64,000 bases of DNA from Antechinus flavipes (GCF_016432865.1 NC_067403.1:257424001-257488000), one strand, 5' to 3'. Counted from the first letter of the stretch, positions 37,583 to 50,050 are shown. Numbers and translations: made by a program. The notes: generated from the letters alone by a model not told the origin.

Positions 37583-37800
37583 AGTGGATCGAGTCCTAGA
37601 GACAGGAAGACCTGAGTTCGAATGTGACCTCTGACATTGGCTAGCACGGTGACTCTGGACCCTTAAACTCTACCTGCTTTGGTTTCCTGCTCTGTAAAAT
37701 GGGGATCATGATAACACCCATCTAACTTCCAGTGTTGTGGTAAGGATCCGAGGAGCTATTTCTAAAGCTCTTTGGAAACCTTGAGGTGCTCTACAAATGC
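37583..37800 (+). mobile_element. MIR-like SINE
   Basis: caggaagacctgagttcgaat...ctgtaaaatggggatcatgataacacc...gttgtggtaaggat. Confidence 0.75.
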
Positions 37801-38039
37801 CCGCTCTGATTACTGGATACCAGGTCTTTAAAGCACTGGGCTAGGAGCTGGGAGCCCTGGGTTCAGATGCCCTAAGCCTTGCCTTCAGCTCCCTTCCCCT
37901 TGACATTTGTCCAGAAGCCCATGTAGAGAAATGGGGCCGTCCCTCTGTCTGGGAAATCCCCGGCAGGGATGTTTCTAATGCCCACAAACTGGTTCAACAA
38001 ACATTTAGGGAGAATCCCGTACGAGGTGCTGGGGGGAAG

Positions 38040-38555
38040 TCATTCATTGAGCACAAACTGATTCATGCCTATTCTGTGCTGGGTGCTGGGCGTTAGAGGG
38101 CACAATGAAAGGCCATCGGAGAGAGGAAAGAAGAGATAGAAATAAGAACAAAGTGTGTCCAAAGGAAAAATCCAGAGTGACCTGAGGAAACAGTGGGGGC
38201 CCTGGAAGAGGCTCCACACAGGGAAGGAAGGGAGCCTGCAATTATGGGAGGTGATCCTGAAGGGAAGGTTAGTCCCAGGGCAAAGGGATGGAGATGGGAG
38301 ACGGAGTTCCTGGAAAGGAGGCTGATTTGACCAGAATCTAGTGTGCAACAGACAAAAGAATGGGCGCTAGATTGTGAAGGCGATGAGTGCCAGAGGACTG
38401 TGAATCTTATTCTGGAGACAGTAGGAAACTGTGAGTTTTTTGAGCAGGGATGTGATATGGTCAGACTGTGTTTCTAGCCCTTGGGCACCTGTGTGGAACA
38501 TGGATTGGAGAAAGAAGAGATGGCCAGTTGGGAGCCATTGTAAGATCTCAGAACT
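38040..38555 (-). mobile_element. L2 fragment (resumes near 40140-40260)
   Basis: Reverse L2 3' end cattcattgagcac...gtgctgggtgctgg; antisense L2 text continues after the L1 insertion. Confidence 0.6.
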
Positions 38556-40135
38556 TAGGCAGAGTGAAGTCAGCAGAACTAAGAAAACCATGTACACAGT
38601 GGCAAAAGATGGAGTCAACAGAACCAAGAAAATCATGTATATAGTGACAAAGGATGGAGTCAACAGAACCAAGAAAACCATGTACACAGTGACAAAAGAT
38701 GGAGTCAACAGAACCAAGAAAATCATGTACACAGTGACAAAGGATGGAGTCAACAGAACCAAGAAAACCATGTACACAGTGACAAAGGATGGAGTCAACA
38801 AAACCAAGAAAACCATGTACACAGTGACAAAGGATGGAGTCAACAAAACCAAGAAAACCATGTACACAGTGACAAAGGAAGAAGTCAGCAGAACCAAGAA
38901 AACCATGTACACAGTGACAAAGAATGGAGTCAACAGAACCAAGAAAAGCATGTATACAGTGACGAAAAGTGAAACCAATAGAACCAAGAAAACCATGTAT
39001 ACAGTGACAGAGTATATGTAGTCAGCAGAACCAAGAAAACAATGTACACAGTGATAAAGAGTAAAACCAGCAGAACCAAGAAAACCATGTATACAGTGAT
39101 AAAGAGTAAAACCAGCAGAACCAAGAAAACCATGTATACAGTGACAAAGAGTGAAGTCAGCAGAACCAAGAAAACCATGTACACAGTGACAAAGGATGGA
39201 GTCAACAGAACCAAGAAAAGCATGTATACAGTGACGAAAAGTGAAACCAATAGAACCAAGAAAACCATGTACACAATGACAAAGGATGAAGTCAGCAGAA
39301 CCAAGAAAACCATGTATACAGTGACAAAGAGTGAAACCAGCAGAACCAAGAAAATCATGTACACAGTGACAAAGAGTGAAGTCAGAAGAACCAAGAAAAC
39401 CATGTACACAGTGACAAAGAGTGAAGTCAGCAGAACCAAGAAAACCATGTACACAGTGACAAAGAGTGAAACCAGCAGAACCAAGAAAACCATGTACACA
39501 GTGACAAAAAGTGAAACCAGCAGAACCAAGAAAACCATGTACACAGTGACAAAGGATGGAGTCAACAGAACCAAGAAAACCATGTTTACAGTGACTACAA
39601 CAATGAAAAAAAAAAAAGACCTCTTACCACAAACCAGAAGTAATTGTGATAAGATGATAAAGATCCAGCAGGACTGAGGAGAGATGAGAAGCCTCCAATT
39701 CAGCCCTGAGTAGAGGTGGGAAGGCCACAGGAGGTCACTTACACATGGAAAAGGTTCTCGGACTTTTCCCAATATATCCATCAGTTGTGTCGATTTTTCT
39801 TCTTTAAAAAATGCTATATCTTACTGCAACATATTTAACATTTATAGGACTGCTTGCCATCTTGGGGGGGAGTGGAGGGAGGGAGGGGAAAAAAATCGAA
39901 ACATAAGTGAGTGCAAGGGATAATGTTGTAAAAAATTACCCTGGCATGGATTCTGTCCATACAAAGTTATTATTAAATAAAAAAATAAATAAAAATTAAA
40001 ATTAAAAAAATAAAAAAAATAAAAAATACTATATCTGTTATATAGGATGCCTGGGAGTGGAAGGGAAAAGGATTTGGGAGGTAACTACGATGATATAAGA
40101 AATAGAAATAGTAATACAAACTTTTTTATAAAAGA
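38555..40135 (+). mobile_element. 5'-truncated L1 (with VNTR and nested younger L1 3' tail at about 39790-40025) inserted in L2
   Basis: Starts with the L1 ORF2 C-terminal motif gcagagtgaagtcagcagaac; L1 3' UTR/poly(A) ends at about 39980-40025 and 40120. Confidence 0.65.
38562..39600. repeat. 45-bp minisatellite, about 23 copies
   Basis: agaaccaagaaaaccatgtacacagtgacaaag(gatggagtcaac/agtgaaaccagc/agtgaagtcagc). Confidence 0.97.
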
Positions 40136-40639
40136 AACAGCTACTGCAATGATTCATGTGAGATTTGGACTAAAGCATTAGATGTAGGAGGGAAGAGAGA
40201 AAGGGATGAATGCAAGAGATATTGGAGAGATAGAATCTCTTAGACTGGAAGGCAGTGAGGTGGCCTTTAGATAGAGCTCCAGCTTTGGAGTTGGGAGCAC
40301 CTGCATATAAATCAGTTCTCAGACAGGACACTTGCTAGCTCACTTAATCTCCATTGCCTCATCCAAAAAAAAAAAAAAAAAGGATGTCTAAAACTTTATA
40401 AAAAATTGATTTAACATGGAGGGAGAGGAAGGAAGAAATGTTGAGAATGTCCATTTATTTATTGTGCCAACTATCCAATGATATATTCTCTTTGCAGTAA
40501 CTGTTCACACCTCCTTGAAGGGTCTCCTGCCTCCTCCCCAGTCTTCATGGAGACATCCCTGGAATAGCCACAAAAAATCATGGAATCTCGAAGTTGGACA
40601 CAACCTGAATGGCCATCTCATCCAACCCAAATTCCTTTC

Positions 40640-41110
40640 CTTTTTTTTAAGAAATATTTTTATTACTGTCTTCTTTTCCTTACATTATCACATTATTCCA
40701 AGTATCCCGGCCTCTTCCCAGAGAGGGATCCTATAAATCAAATAGTGTTTTTATAGGTATGGGTGGTGGTGGTGGGGAATCAGCACAACTGATGAATACA
40801 TTGGAAGTTTGAAAACATATGCAGGTTGAGGTGTAACCCCTTAGAAGCTCCATGCAAGGGTGGTTGGGGGGGGGTGTCCTTTCCAATCTCTTCGTGCAAG
40901 TCCTACTTTGTCCTTATCGTTTTGTTACATTCGACTTTTGATTTGTTGGTGGTTCTTTCCATTTCTTTTGCTGTAATTATTGTGTATATTGTTTTCTTGG
41001 TTCTGCTGACTTCACTCTGCATCAGTTCATGTGGATCTTTCCAAACTTCTCTGTATTCAACCCATATATTATTTCTTATAGCACTATGAGAATATTCCAT
41101 TAAATTCACG
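40640..41110 (-). mobile_element. Marsupial L1 3' fragment (ORF2 C-terminus plus 3' UTR)
   Basis: Minus frame reads MEYSHSAIRNN...EYREVWKDPHELMQSEVSRTKKTIYTIIT. Confidence 0.8.
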
Positions 41111-41114
41111 TACT

Positions 41115-41258
41115 TTCTTTTGTTGTTGTTGAGGCCATTGGGGTTAAGTGACTTGCCCAGGGTCACACAGCCAGGAAGTGGTAAGTGTCTGAACTCAGAT
41201 TTGAACACAGATCCTCCTGACTTCGGGGTTGGGACTCCACTGTGCCACCTCACTGCCC
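41115..41258 (-). mobile_element. WSINE1-like SINE, near full length
   Basis: ttgaggccattggggttaagtgacttgcccagggtcacacagccaggaagt...cactgtgccacctcactgccc. Confidence 0.85.
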
Positions 41259-42457
41259 CTATTCATGTACTTTGTTACCTTTCTAAATGATCATCCAGAC
41301 TTTGCTGGTGGACCTCCGAGGCAGGGAACTTTCTCTTCTTGGGACTTTGGGACAGCTCTGGTTTCCTTTCATTGGGCCCAGATTTGTCTATTTGCCCTTA
41401 TTGTCTACCCCGTAGGGCCCAGCAGAACCAGCTCAGCCCTTGCCCATCTTGCTTTCCTCCAGGTCAGCTATTCTCATGTCTTCCAGTTCATTTGCTTGTG
41501 GGTTCTTCCTCACTCAGGTTGCCGTCTTCTGAAAACTCTCCACTGGATCAAATCCTTTCTAAGACACCCAGGCCTCCAGGTATTCACTGATGGGGCAGAA
41601 GACACCTGGGGTTTTCTCTAACTTTCCATTATATTTCAGAGATGTCTGGCCACACCCAGGGACATCCCCTGGTCTTCTGATTCGGCTGAACCTGGGGATG
41701 TGAAGCGGGCTTCCAGGGGACTCAGGAGCTCCCTACTCCTTCTGGGTCTCCCTGCTCTGGGAGTCATTTTTATTCTGTCCTTCCTGGGCCAAAGATGGTT
41801 CTTTGTAGAGAAGACAGAAAAGCCAAGAACTGAGGTTTGCGCCGCTCTGCCAGTTCTCACTTCCCAGCCTTCTCTTCACGGTCTCATCCCTTCTTTGAGC
41901 TTTCCCAACATGCCTTAAAAACCACTTTTTCATTAACTTTGGTTTGCTCCCAAGCCTCAGCTTGCTGTCAGCCTTAGCACTCCTGATGCTCTTCTCACCA
42001 CTCTGGGCCATGACACATACTCTTCGAGTATTTGTTCTTGCGTCTGTCTGTCACATGAGGTTACTGAAAGTCTAAGATGGGCAGGGAGTTTCCCACAGTT
42101 CCACACGCGTCTTTGGCCACAGTTTCTTTTCCTCATCAGAGCTTTCCCTTTGAGTCTCCAGAATTTCATAGTTAGGAACTTCTAAATTCACATAGAATTT
42201 TAGGCCACGGGACCCTCCCTACCCTTTCTCCAAGACCTTGAAAATCTCTCCCCTAACCTAGGGCATCTTATTCACATGGCCCATGTTCAGGTTTCCTCTC
42301 CTCCTTGAAAGATTCCCATCATCTCTGCCCCACAGCCAGCTCTTCTTTGGTGAGAATCAGATGTGGAGGAAGAAGTTCCTGCTACTCGTCCTGCCGCCTT
42401 CGAAAGATGAAATTATCATTAAGATAAAACAAGAAATAGTTAACTTATTGTCTGGGG

Positions 42458-43000
42458 TTGAGAGGAGAAAAATGGGAAAAGGGAGAGAGAAAGCAAGAAG
42501 GAGAGATTAAAAAGAAGGAAAGGGAGAGAGGGGGAGAGAGACAGAAAAAGGAGAGAGAAAGAGAGAGGAAAGAGCAAAAGGGACAGAGGAGGGGAGAGAG
42601 ACAGAAAACAGAGGGAGAGGAAGAGAGACAGGAAGGAGAGAGAGAAAAGACAGAAAGGAAAGACAAGGAGGAGAGAGGAAAGAAGGAGAAGGAGGAGAGA
42701 GGGAGAGACANNNNNNNNNNNNNNNNNNNNNNNNNNNNNNNNNNNNNNNNNNNNNNNNNNNNNNNNNNNNNNNNNNNNNNNNNNNNNNNNNNNNNNNNNN
42801 NNNNNNNNNNNNNNNNNNNNNNNNNNNNNNNNNNNNNNNNNNNNNNNNNNNNNNNNNNNNNNNNNNNNNNNNNNNNNNNNNNNNNNNNNNNNNNNNNNNN
42901 NNNNNNNNNNNNNNNNNNNNNNNNNNNNNNNNNNNNNNNNNNNNNNNNNNNNNNNNNNNNNNNNNNNNNNNNNNNCAGAGAAACAGAGAGGCGATAGGGA
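42458..43000. repeat. Polypurine (GA-rich) tract containing a 265-N gap (42711-42975)
   Basis: Nearly pure A/G on the + strand on both sides of the gap. Confidence 0.95.
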
Positions 43001-43559
43001 GAAGCCCCAGCAGGGGCCCTTGAGGTTCTGCCACTGTTTTCTTGACTCCCCTCCAGTCTCCTTTTTGCCCATGGGGGGGGGGTCTAGAGCATCCTATGGG
43101 CTCTGTCCCCTTCCCCACTCCTCCACCTTCCCCCCCTTGCTGACACCCTCGGGACAGCCAGACCCCCCCCCTCGCAGGCCCTGTGACCACCTGGTGCCTT
43201 TGGTATGGGCTCTGTCTCTCTGACACCTCGAGGTGCCCCTGGGATGTTAAGGGAGCAGAGCCTCTGAGGAGTGGGGTCGGAGATTGGGAATCAAGGAGTC
43301 TCAGGTCACAGCCTTGCCCTCCAGTGAGTGTCACCTTAAGTGTCGGGTGTGGTTCCCCATCTGTGGAGGGTCCCCCAGGAGGCCGCCCCCCCCCAGCGGC
43401 CTGAAGAACAAGGCTCTGTGAGAGGAGGGCTGGGGAGGCGGGCCTGGGCTTCTTGGGGAGGTGGCCTTGCCCATCCCTGCCAGACTGGGGTCAAGGGGTG
43501 GGGCCCCAGGTGTGCAGAGACCCCTGAGCGGCTGCTGAGGGGGGATTCGCTGCTTTGGG

Positions 43560-45250
43560 GGAGCCGCCTTAGGGGGAGCCGCTGGGGGGAGGGGGGAAAC
43601 CGCTGCGGGGGAGGATTCACTGCTTTTGGGGGAGCCGCTGCGTGGGGGGGGGAGGAGCCGCGGCTGCGGGGGCGCTTCCCCTGCCGCCCCACCCCCGGCT
43701 GACATTCTCCCGCCCCGGAGCTTCCAGCTCATGAGACTGTTGGCATTTGTGGTGGCGTGCCGGCGGGGACTGAGGCAGCTGAGGGCAGGAGGGTGGGGAG
43801 GCTGGGAGGGGAAGGAAACCCGGCAGGAATGTGCTCCCGCGGCTGCCAGCCCTGACACACTTTCCCTTTTCCCAAGGCGGGAAGGAGCCAGGAGCCGAGG
43901 GCTGCCAGCCCTGCCTTGCCCTGGGCTGCCTGTGACGTCACCGGAAGCCCCGGGGGGCACGCGGCAGGGCCTCCGCTTAGCTCACCTCGCGCCCCGCCGG
44001 GCCCCGCCGCGGCACCTGGAGCAGCCCGGGCCCTCCCCGGGCCCTCCCCGGCCTCTCCCCGGCCCGGCGCGAGCTCCTCCCGCCTTCCCCTGCGCTCTCG
44101 GGCTCCGTCTGGCCGGGCGCGCGGGCCGAGCGCAGGAGCCCCGGAACGCCCCCGCGGCCCCCGGGCCGGCTCCGGGCCCAGGCAGCCCACCCCCCGGGCT
44201 TCATGACTGGGTCTCCCCCGGTGTGTGTGTGGGGGAGATCCTTATCCTGAAGTGCTGAGTCACCGGCTGCCACCCGATCCGCTCCTTCCCTCCCTCTCCG
44301 GACTGCTCTTGCCAATGTGCGCGCTGGCTGGGCCTCCTGAGGGGCCGGGGGCCCCGGGAAGGGGAGCGGGGCCAGGTACGGCCTTCCTGAGCGTGGGGGG
44401 GAGCCAGAGAACGGCCCCGTGGCCCGGGCTCTGCTCCCGAGAAAGAAGGTGGTCCGGGCCTCCGAGCGGCTCAGAGGATCACGGGCACTTTCTAAACACC
44501 CCCCAGGGGGCGAGGCGAGTTGTCCCCCAACTCCTCGCAGCAGGACGAGCAGGGAGAGCTTCCTGTAGGAAGCGGGACCGCCAGCTGGGCCGCGGTGGCG
44601 CGGGGTCTCACCGGCCGGCTCATGGGAGGGGGTGGGGATACGGGCCGTCCTCGAGCTCAGGGCCTGGACTCTCCTCAGACCAGGAGCCGAACATGGGGGA
44701 GGACTCTAGGTGTGCGGGGGGAGGGGGGGAGGAGGGACCTGCTATTCGAGGCTGTATCGTCCAGGGAGGTTCTGGAGGTTCCTGTGGCCTTTAGAGCGGG
44801 CGGGGCCCTCGGGGACGAGCGGGGGCCAGTGGCTCCTGGTCCCTGGGTTGGCCTGGGGCGCTTTTACATTGCCAGCCCTGGAGGATGGGGGGGGGGGCGT
44901 CACCGCCGAGACCCCTTAATGAATGAATGGCAGCGGCCCGTGGGGTTTTCTCCTGAGCGGGTTGGGGGCTTGGGCTCTCCTCTCACGGGGCTGCCCTCGG
45001 TCTGGGTACCAGCCCACCACCGGCTGCCTGCGAGGGATGGCTCTCGGCCCGGCACCAGACTGAGGGAACTAGCCGTGGTGTCGTGCGCCCTCTCCCGGCC
45101 GCGGAGGGGATAGCCCCCGGCCAGCTCTGCCCCCTCCCCCTTCGTCCCCCAATCGTTGCCCAGAGCCCGAACGCTGGCCCCGAAATGCTCAGAATTAGAA
45201 AGACTCGGGTCCGATTCTGCCCGGGACACTCCGCCTTCCTGAGCTTCTTT
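43560..45250. promoter_or_regulatory. Orphan CpG island with CRE, ETS and ARE motifs
   Basis: CpG-dense. TGACGTCA at 43933-43940 abuts CCGGAAG at 43941-43947; TGCTGAGTCA at 44253-44262. Confidence 0.7.
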
Positions 45251-45309
45251 CTGCATTAATAAAACCCGGGTCAGATGGTGGAGAAAGGTTTACACGGTGG
45301 GTTCAACTT

Positions 45310-45640
45310 CTATTTTACATGGTCAACATCTGCGGGGTTGCTTGCCATCTAGGGGAGGGGAGGGGGAACGAGGGAAAATCTGAAACACAAGGCGGGCAAG
45401 GGTCAGTGCTGGAACATTACCCGAGCACGTGTTTTTTTTTTTTTTCTTGTTTGTTTGTTTGTTTCTTTTCTTTTCTTTTTGTGCTGAGGAAATTGGGGTT
45501 AAGTGACTTGCCCAAGATCACACAGCCAGGAAGTGTCTGAGGCCAGTTTGGGACTCGGGTCCTCCTGACTTCAGGGCTGGTGCCCCCATCGTATGTTTTG
45601 AAAATAAAAAGTTTTAATTGAAAAATAACAAATTGGACAG
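45310..45640. mobile_element. L1 3' tail (+) interrupted by a WSINE1-like SINE (-, about 45425-45587)
   Basis: The L1 tail ...attacccgagcacgtgtttt stops, the SINE follows, then cgtatgttttgaaaataaaaagttttaat resumes the tail. Confidence 0.7.
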
Positions 45641-48261
45641 TTGAAAAAAATCAAACTTGCATTTTGTCCTTCAGGGGATTGTTGGGGCTCAACGAGCCCT
45701 CCTGGGAAGTCGCTGTCCACACTGGAAAGCACCGTCCCCATTTCCGTCGTTATTATCATCACCCTCGGTGCTTCCCCGGCTGCCGGTCCTTCTGGACTTG
45801 AGGTGGGATCTGGAAACATAAGAGTGCTCTCCCCCAGCCCGTTCTCCTGGGCTGTGCCCCTGGCCGAGCACTCTCTGAAGCCCATTTTTCTCATCACTCT
45901 GTCCTGCCTTTCTCACAGCAGCCAGTGAGAGTGGCGGCCTCAGGGAGAAGCCCAGAGAGGCCTTCGTCCGCCCGGAGAGGCCTTTGTCCACCGGCCCCTC
46001 CAGGGCTGGCGTGGGGGAGACCTCAGCTGCCTCCCCTCCGAGGCATGGGCCCCAAACCTCGTAGTTTCCTTGCTAACTCATTAATGGGGCCGTCACCCGT
46101 GGAGTTATCTAAAACTTTTGTGGAACTTTCTATTTCTGGCCTGGACACGTCTTAAAATAAGGAGTTCCATGGGTACCCTCCCCCACGTGGGAAGTAGAGC
46201 TGCCTTTCATATGCCCTAAACTTACCTCTTTCTAGCCCCCGGCAGTGCTGATCCAGGTTTCTGTGAGTGACTCTATGTGGCCCACTTCAGCCGGACCTTC
46301 CCATGACCCGGAACTGGTTCGTTCCCTGGGAAATCCAGCCCCCGCCGCCATCACCCCAGCCCCCGCGCCCTCCCCTTCTAAAAAATCACAAAACAACAGT
46401 ATGTCAGACTCGGGGGACCACCCCAAACCCATTGGATGACGAGCCTCGGGACTCCCAAAAAGGCCAGAGCCCTGAGCGAAACCTGAGCAGAAGAAATCCA
46501 ATAGGGGCGAGTGCCAAATGACATCCCAGGTAACTGATGGCCGTGAGCAGGAAGATGAGGGAGGATCCCGTCCTCCACGGGATAGGAGGTGGCACTGGGT
46601 GGGGCACCACGATCGCTTCTGGCCCCAGCGCTGGAGCAGGGTTTTGACAAGGAGGCTGAAAGACCCCGAGTCTCTGTCATGTGGTCGTTCACCCTTCCTT
46701 CACAGAGGACCACGGCCTGGGGGATCCTGGGATGGAGTTGGACTGCAGTGAGGGAGGCAGCCTCCTTGCTCCTGCAGAGCTCCCTGGGTCCAGTGGTCAG
46801 AGAGATCCGGACAGGAGATGCCTCCAGATGTCACGTGAGTGTGCAGAAAAGGCGGATTTCTCTGACTCCAGGGCTCTTGTGTGGAAGAGGGCCCTAGGAG
46901 GCAGAATCTGTAGCAGTCGGGGAGATACCAAGGGACAACTTGGGACCCATTCCGAAGGAAGCGCGTGCTGACGAGAAGGGCCGTCCCGGAGCGGGAGGGG
47001 CAGCCTCCCCATCCTCCTCGGAGGCCTTCAGGTGGAGGCCGGACAGCCGTTTGTCCCGTCCTGCCTAGGAGTGACTGGAGGTGATGCTGATTTACACCTC
47101 GGAAAACTGACAACCGCCCAACAGGGCCTTAGCTGATTGTTTTATTAGTTGTCTAGTCTGAAGAAAGTGATGAAGAAATGTTAATAAAGCAAATTAAGTT
47201 TAAAAATACCTTTTTGGATAGCTGATGATTCCACATTTATGAGCTATCGGGGTATCTGGCTTAGTGGCGACTCCTTCAGGTACAGGAAGGGGCCCTGGAG
47301 GCAGCTGAGCTCCCTTCCAGTCTCAAATTTGGGGAGAGAATGTAGAAAGGGGGAGAGACTCTAGAACGCCCACTGTCAGAGCTGGGCGTGGAACCTGCTC
47401 GAGCTTTGGGGTGACTTCTTCCTTTGAAGAAGAGAAAGATAATAAAGCCGACATCGCAGGTGCGATGTGTAACACAAATTGGTTGATTAAATGGAAACCA
47501 AGTGACTTTCCAAGGATGACTTACAGTTTTCCCGGGGGTGGGGGGAGGGGAAGATGGAGTTAATTCTCTCTTTCTGCAGATCAGCATCCCGTTGGAGCAG
47601 ATATAACCCCCCAGGTCAATGGCAGCCCCTCCACACACTCATAGACAATCATTGTGAGTTGCTGAGACCAAAGGAAAAACATCCTCTGGTGAGCAAGCTT
47701 CTGGGATCATTCATTGACAAGATCAGCCAAGAGCCCTTCCCAGAACAGGGTGCCCAGGGGCTGTGTCAAAAGGCCTCAGAAAAGGGGGAGGGGGGGTGGA
47801 AAGGCCTTGGAGCAGGGGGAAGGGGGCAGTTTCAGCACCTCTTTCAAAGTCCCCTTTGTTGGGCTTTCCAGACCATGAAGCATCAGGCTATGAAAGGCCC
47901 CGGGGGAGGTGACTCAGCTGAAACCAGGCGAGGTCCGAGAATGGGAGTTCTTGGGGTCACCCTCACTGTGCATCCCCTTAGGGCCGGCCTTTCTGGAAGG
48001 TCAGAAGCACGGACGCCTTTGTTTTCTCCAAAAGGCGAGGGAGGGGTCACTGTCCCGCAGTGACACGGCCACGTCAGGGTAACCCGAGGGACGGGCGCTC
48101 TCACCTTAGACTTCACCATCACTCCAAACTCTGCCACCCGGATGACATTTGATTCGGAAATAACCCCCTTTGATCACTTATTGAGCAACTGCTAAGGGCC
48201 AGGTACTATCCTAGGTGCTGGAGAGAAAAAGCACAATCCCCATCTCAACAATTTATTATTC

Positions 48262-48430
48262 TGTCGTTTTTCATTGTGACCAACTCTTCATGCCCCCATT
48301 TGGGGTTTTCTTGGCAAAGGTACTGGAGTACTTTGCCATCTTTTTTCTCCAGCTCATTTTGCAGATGAGAAAACTGAGGCAGATGGGGTTTAAATGACTT
48401 GTCCAGGGTCACACAGCTAGTAAACATCAA
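48262..48430 (-). mobile_element. MAR1-like SINE
   Basis: ccaactcttcatgcccccatttggggttttcttggcaaag...gcagatgagaaaactgaggcag. Confidence 0.8.
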
Positions 48431-48529
48431 GTACATAGAGTGTAACTCCCCCTTGGCTCACTGCCCCAAGTAGCCCTCACACAGCAGGCTAGTTCTCTGG
48501 TTCTAGAAGGAACTCAGTGAATGACTTTT

Positions 48530-49089
48530 TTTTTTTTTAAAGTAATTTTTTTTCTCTAATGCTCTCTATTCCCCCCTCAAACATATTAAAAAGGTAAGAA
48601 AAAACAAAACTAAAATATGAAGTCATGTAAAACAAAGCCCCCATTAGCCATGTTCCAACTTTATTTTTTCTTCCTTCCTTCCCTCTCTTCCTTCCCTTCC
48701 TCCTTCCTCTTCTTTCCCTCCTTCCTCCCTTTCTTTTTTTTCCCTTGGAAGGCAGGCAGGAAGAATGGGAGGAAAAACAGAGAGAATACACTTTTCTCTG
48801 CATTCAAAGTCCCTTGGCTCGATTATCTGGTGGTGAGTCCCGGGTTTCATCTGGTTGGTGAGTTGATTCGTGTCCGTAAAGTCTTTTAAAGTTGATTACG
48901 TTCATAACATTGTTACCGCGTCACCCTTCTCCTCGTTCCGTTCGTGTAAGTCTTCCCAGGTTTTTCTGAACCCATCCCTCTCATCGTTTTGTTTTTGAAA
49001 TGTTTTTAAACCTTTTATTTCTTTATTTTTAGGTTTTACATGTACATTCATTTAAAAAAAAAAACATTTCCATACGAGTCGTGTTGTGA

Positions 49090-49121
<32 letters not shown>

Positions 49122-50050
49122 AAAAGCTAAATAAATAAATAGAAAAAAGAAAAAGCAGAAGAAACGGAAAGAAACCAAACCAGGTGATCCCCATCCAGTC
49201 TCCGGAGCTCCCTCCCTGGATGCGGATGCCATTTTCCATTCCAAGTCTGTTGGAATTGTCTTGGATCGCCGAGAAGAGCCAAGTCTTTCCTAGTTGCTCA
49301 TCTCCGTGTTGCCGTTGCCGTGCACAATGTTCTCCTGGTTCCGCTCCCTTCCCTCAGCATCACTTCTAAGTCTTTCCAGGCTTTTTTGAAATCAGCCTGC
49401 TCATCATTTGTACAGAACAACAGTATTTCATCGCACTCACGGACCACAACTTGGTCAGCCATCGCTCAGTTCTCGGGCATCCCCTCTGTTCCTTGCCACC
49501 GCAAACATTCTTGCCCGTGTGAGTCCTTTCCCTCTTTGGGATACGAGTAGAGACACTGCTGGATCGAAGGATATACACTTTGCTCATTCCCAACTCCACC
49601 AACAATGCATTAGTGTCCCCGTTTTCCCATATTCCCCCCCCCACTCCCCTCATTTCTTACATCACAGTAGTACCTTCCACAACCTGTTCAGCCATTCCCC
49701 AATTGATTGGGATCCCCTCAGTTTTTAATTCTTTGCCACCACAACTTATTATCATTTTTTTGCTATATTCTTATACCAAGCAAACAGGTCCAGTTTCATA
49801 GAGTCCAAATGGCTTTGCAGAATGGGATGCACTTGGCAAGAACACAAAGCATTTAGCATTTTTTTAATACAGCATTTGCCATTTTCCTTTTTTTTTTTTT
49901 TGATAACTTAGTCAAACTGATTATTATGAGGTAATAGCCTCCGAGCCGTTTTCATTTCTAATTTGCATGTCTCTGATTAGTGATCTGGAGCATTATTTTA
50001 AGTGGTTGTTAATAACTTGCATTTCTTTTTCTGAAACGAACCTGTTTATA
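48530..50050 (-). mobile_element. Nested marsupial L1 fragments
   Basis: Antisense L1 3' UTR/ORF2 text (aatgttctcctggttcc..., ttcagccattccccaattgat..., atttgcatgtctctgattagtgatctggagcat). One fragment is inserted in another near 49010. Confidence 0.7.

Noticed and set aside
38367-39781. Multi-pass membrane-like (VTVYMVFLVLLT)n and Lys/Thr-rich ORFs
   Set aside because: A 45-bp L1-derived VNTR open in several frames, with no independent coding evidence.
46232-46900. CpG-retaining patch with overlapping 65-110 aa ORFs
   Set aside because: No recognisable homology, codon bias or splice structure.
47167-47225. Possible C/D-box snoRNA (GTGATGA ... CTGA)
   Set aside because: Only about 59 nt, no terminal stem, no clear C'/D' boxes, and no known host intron.
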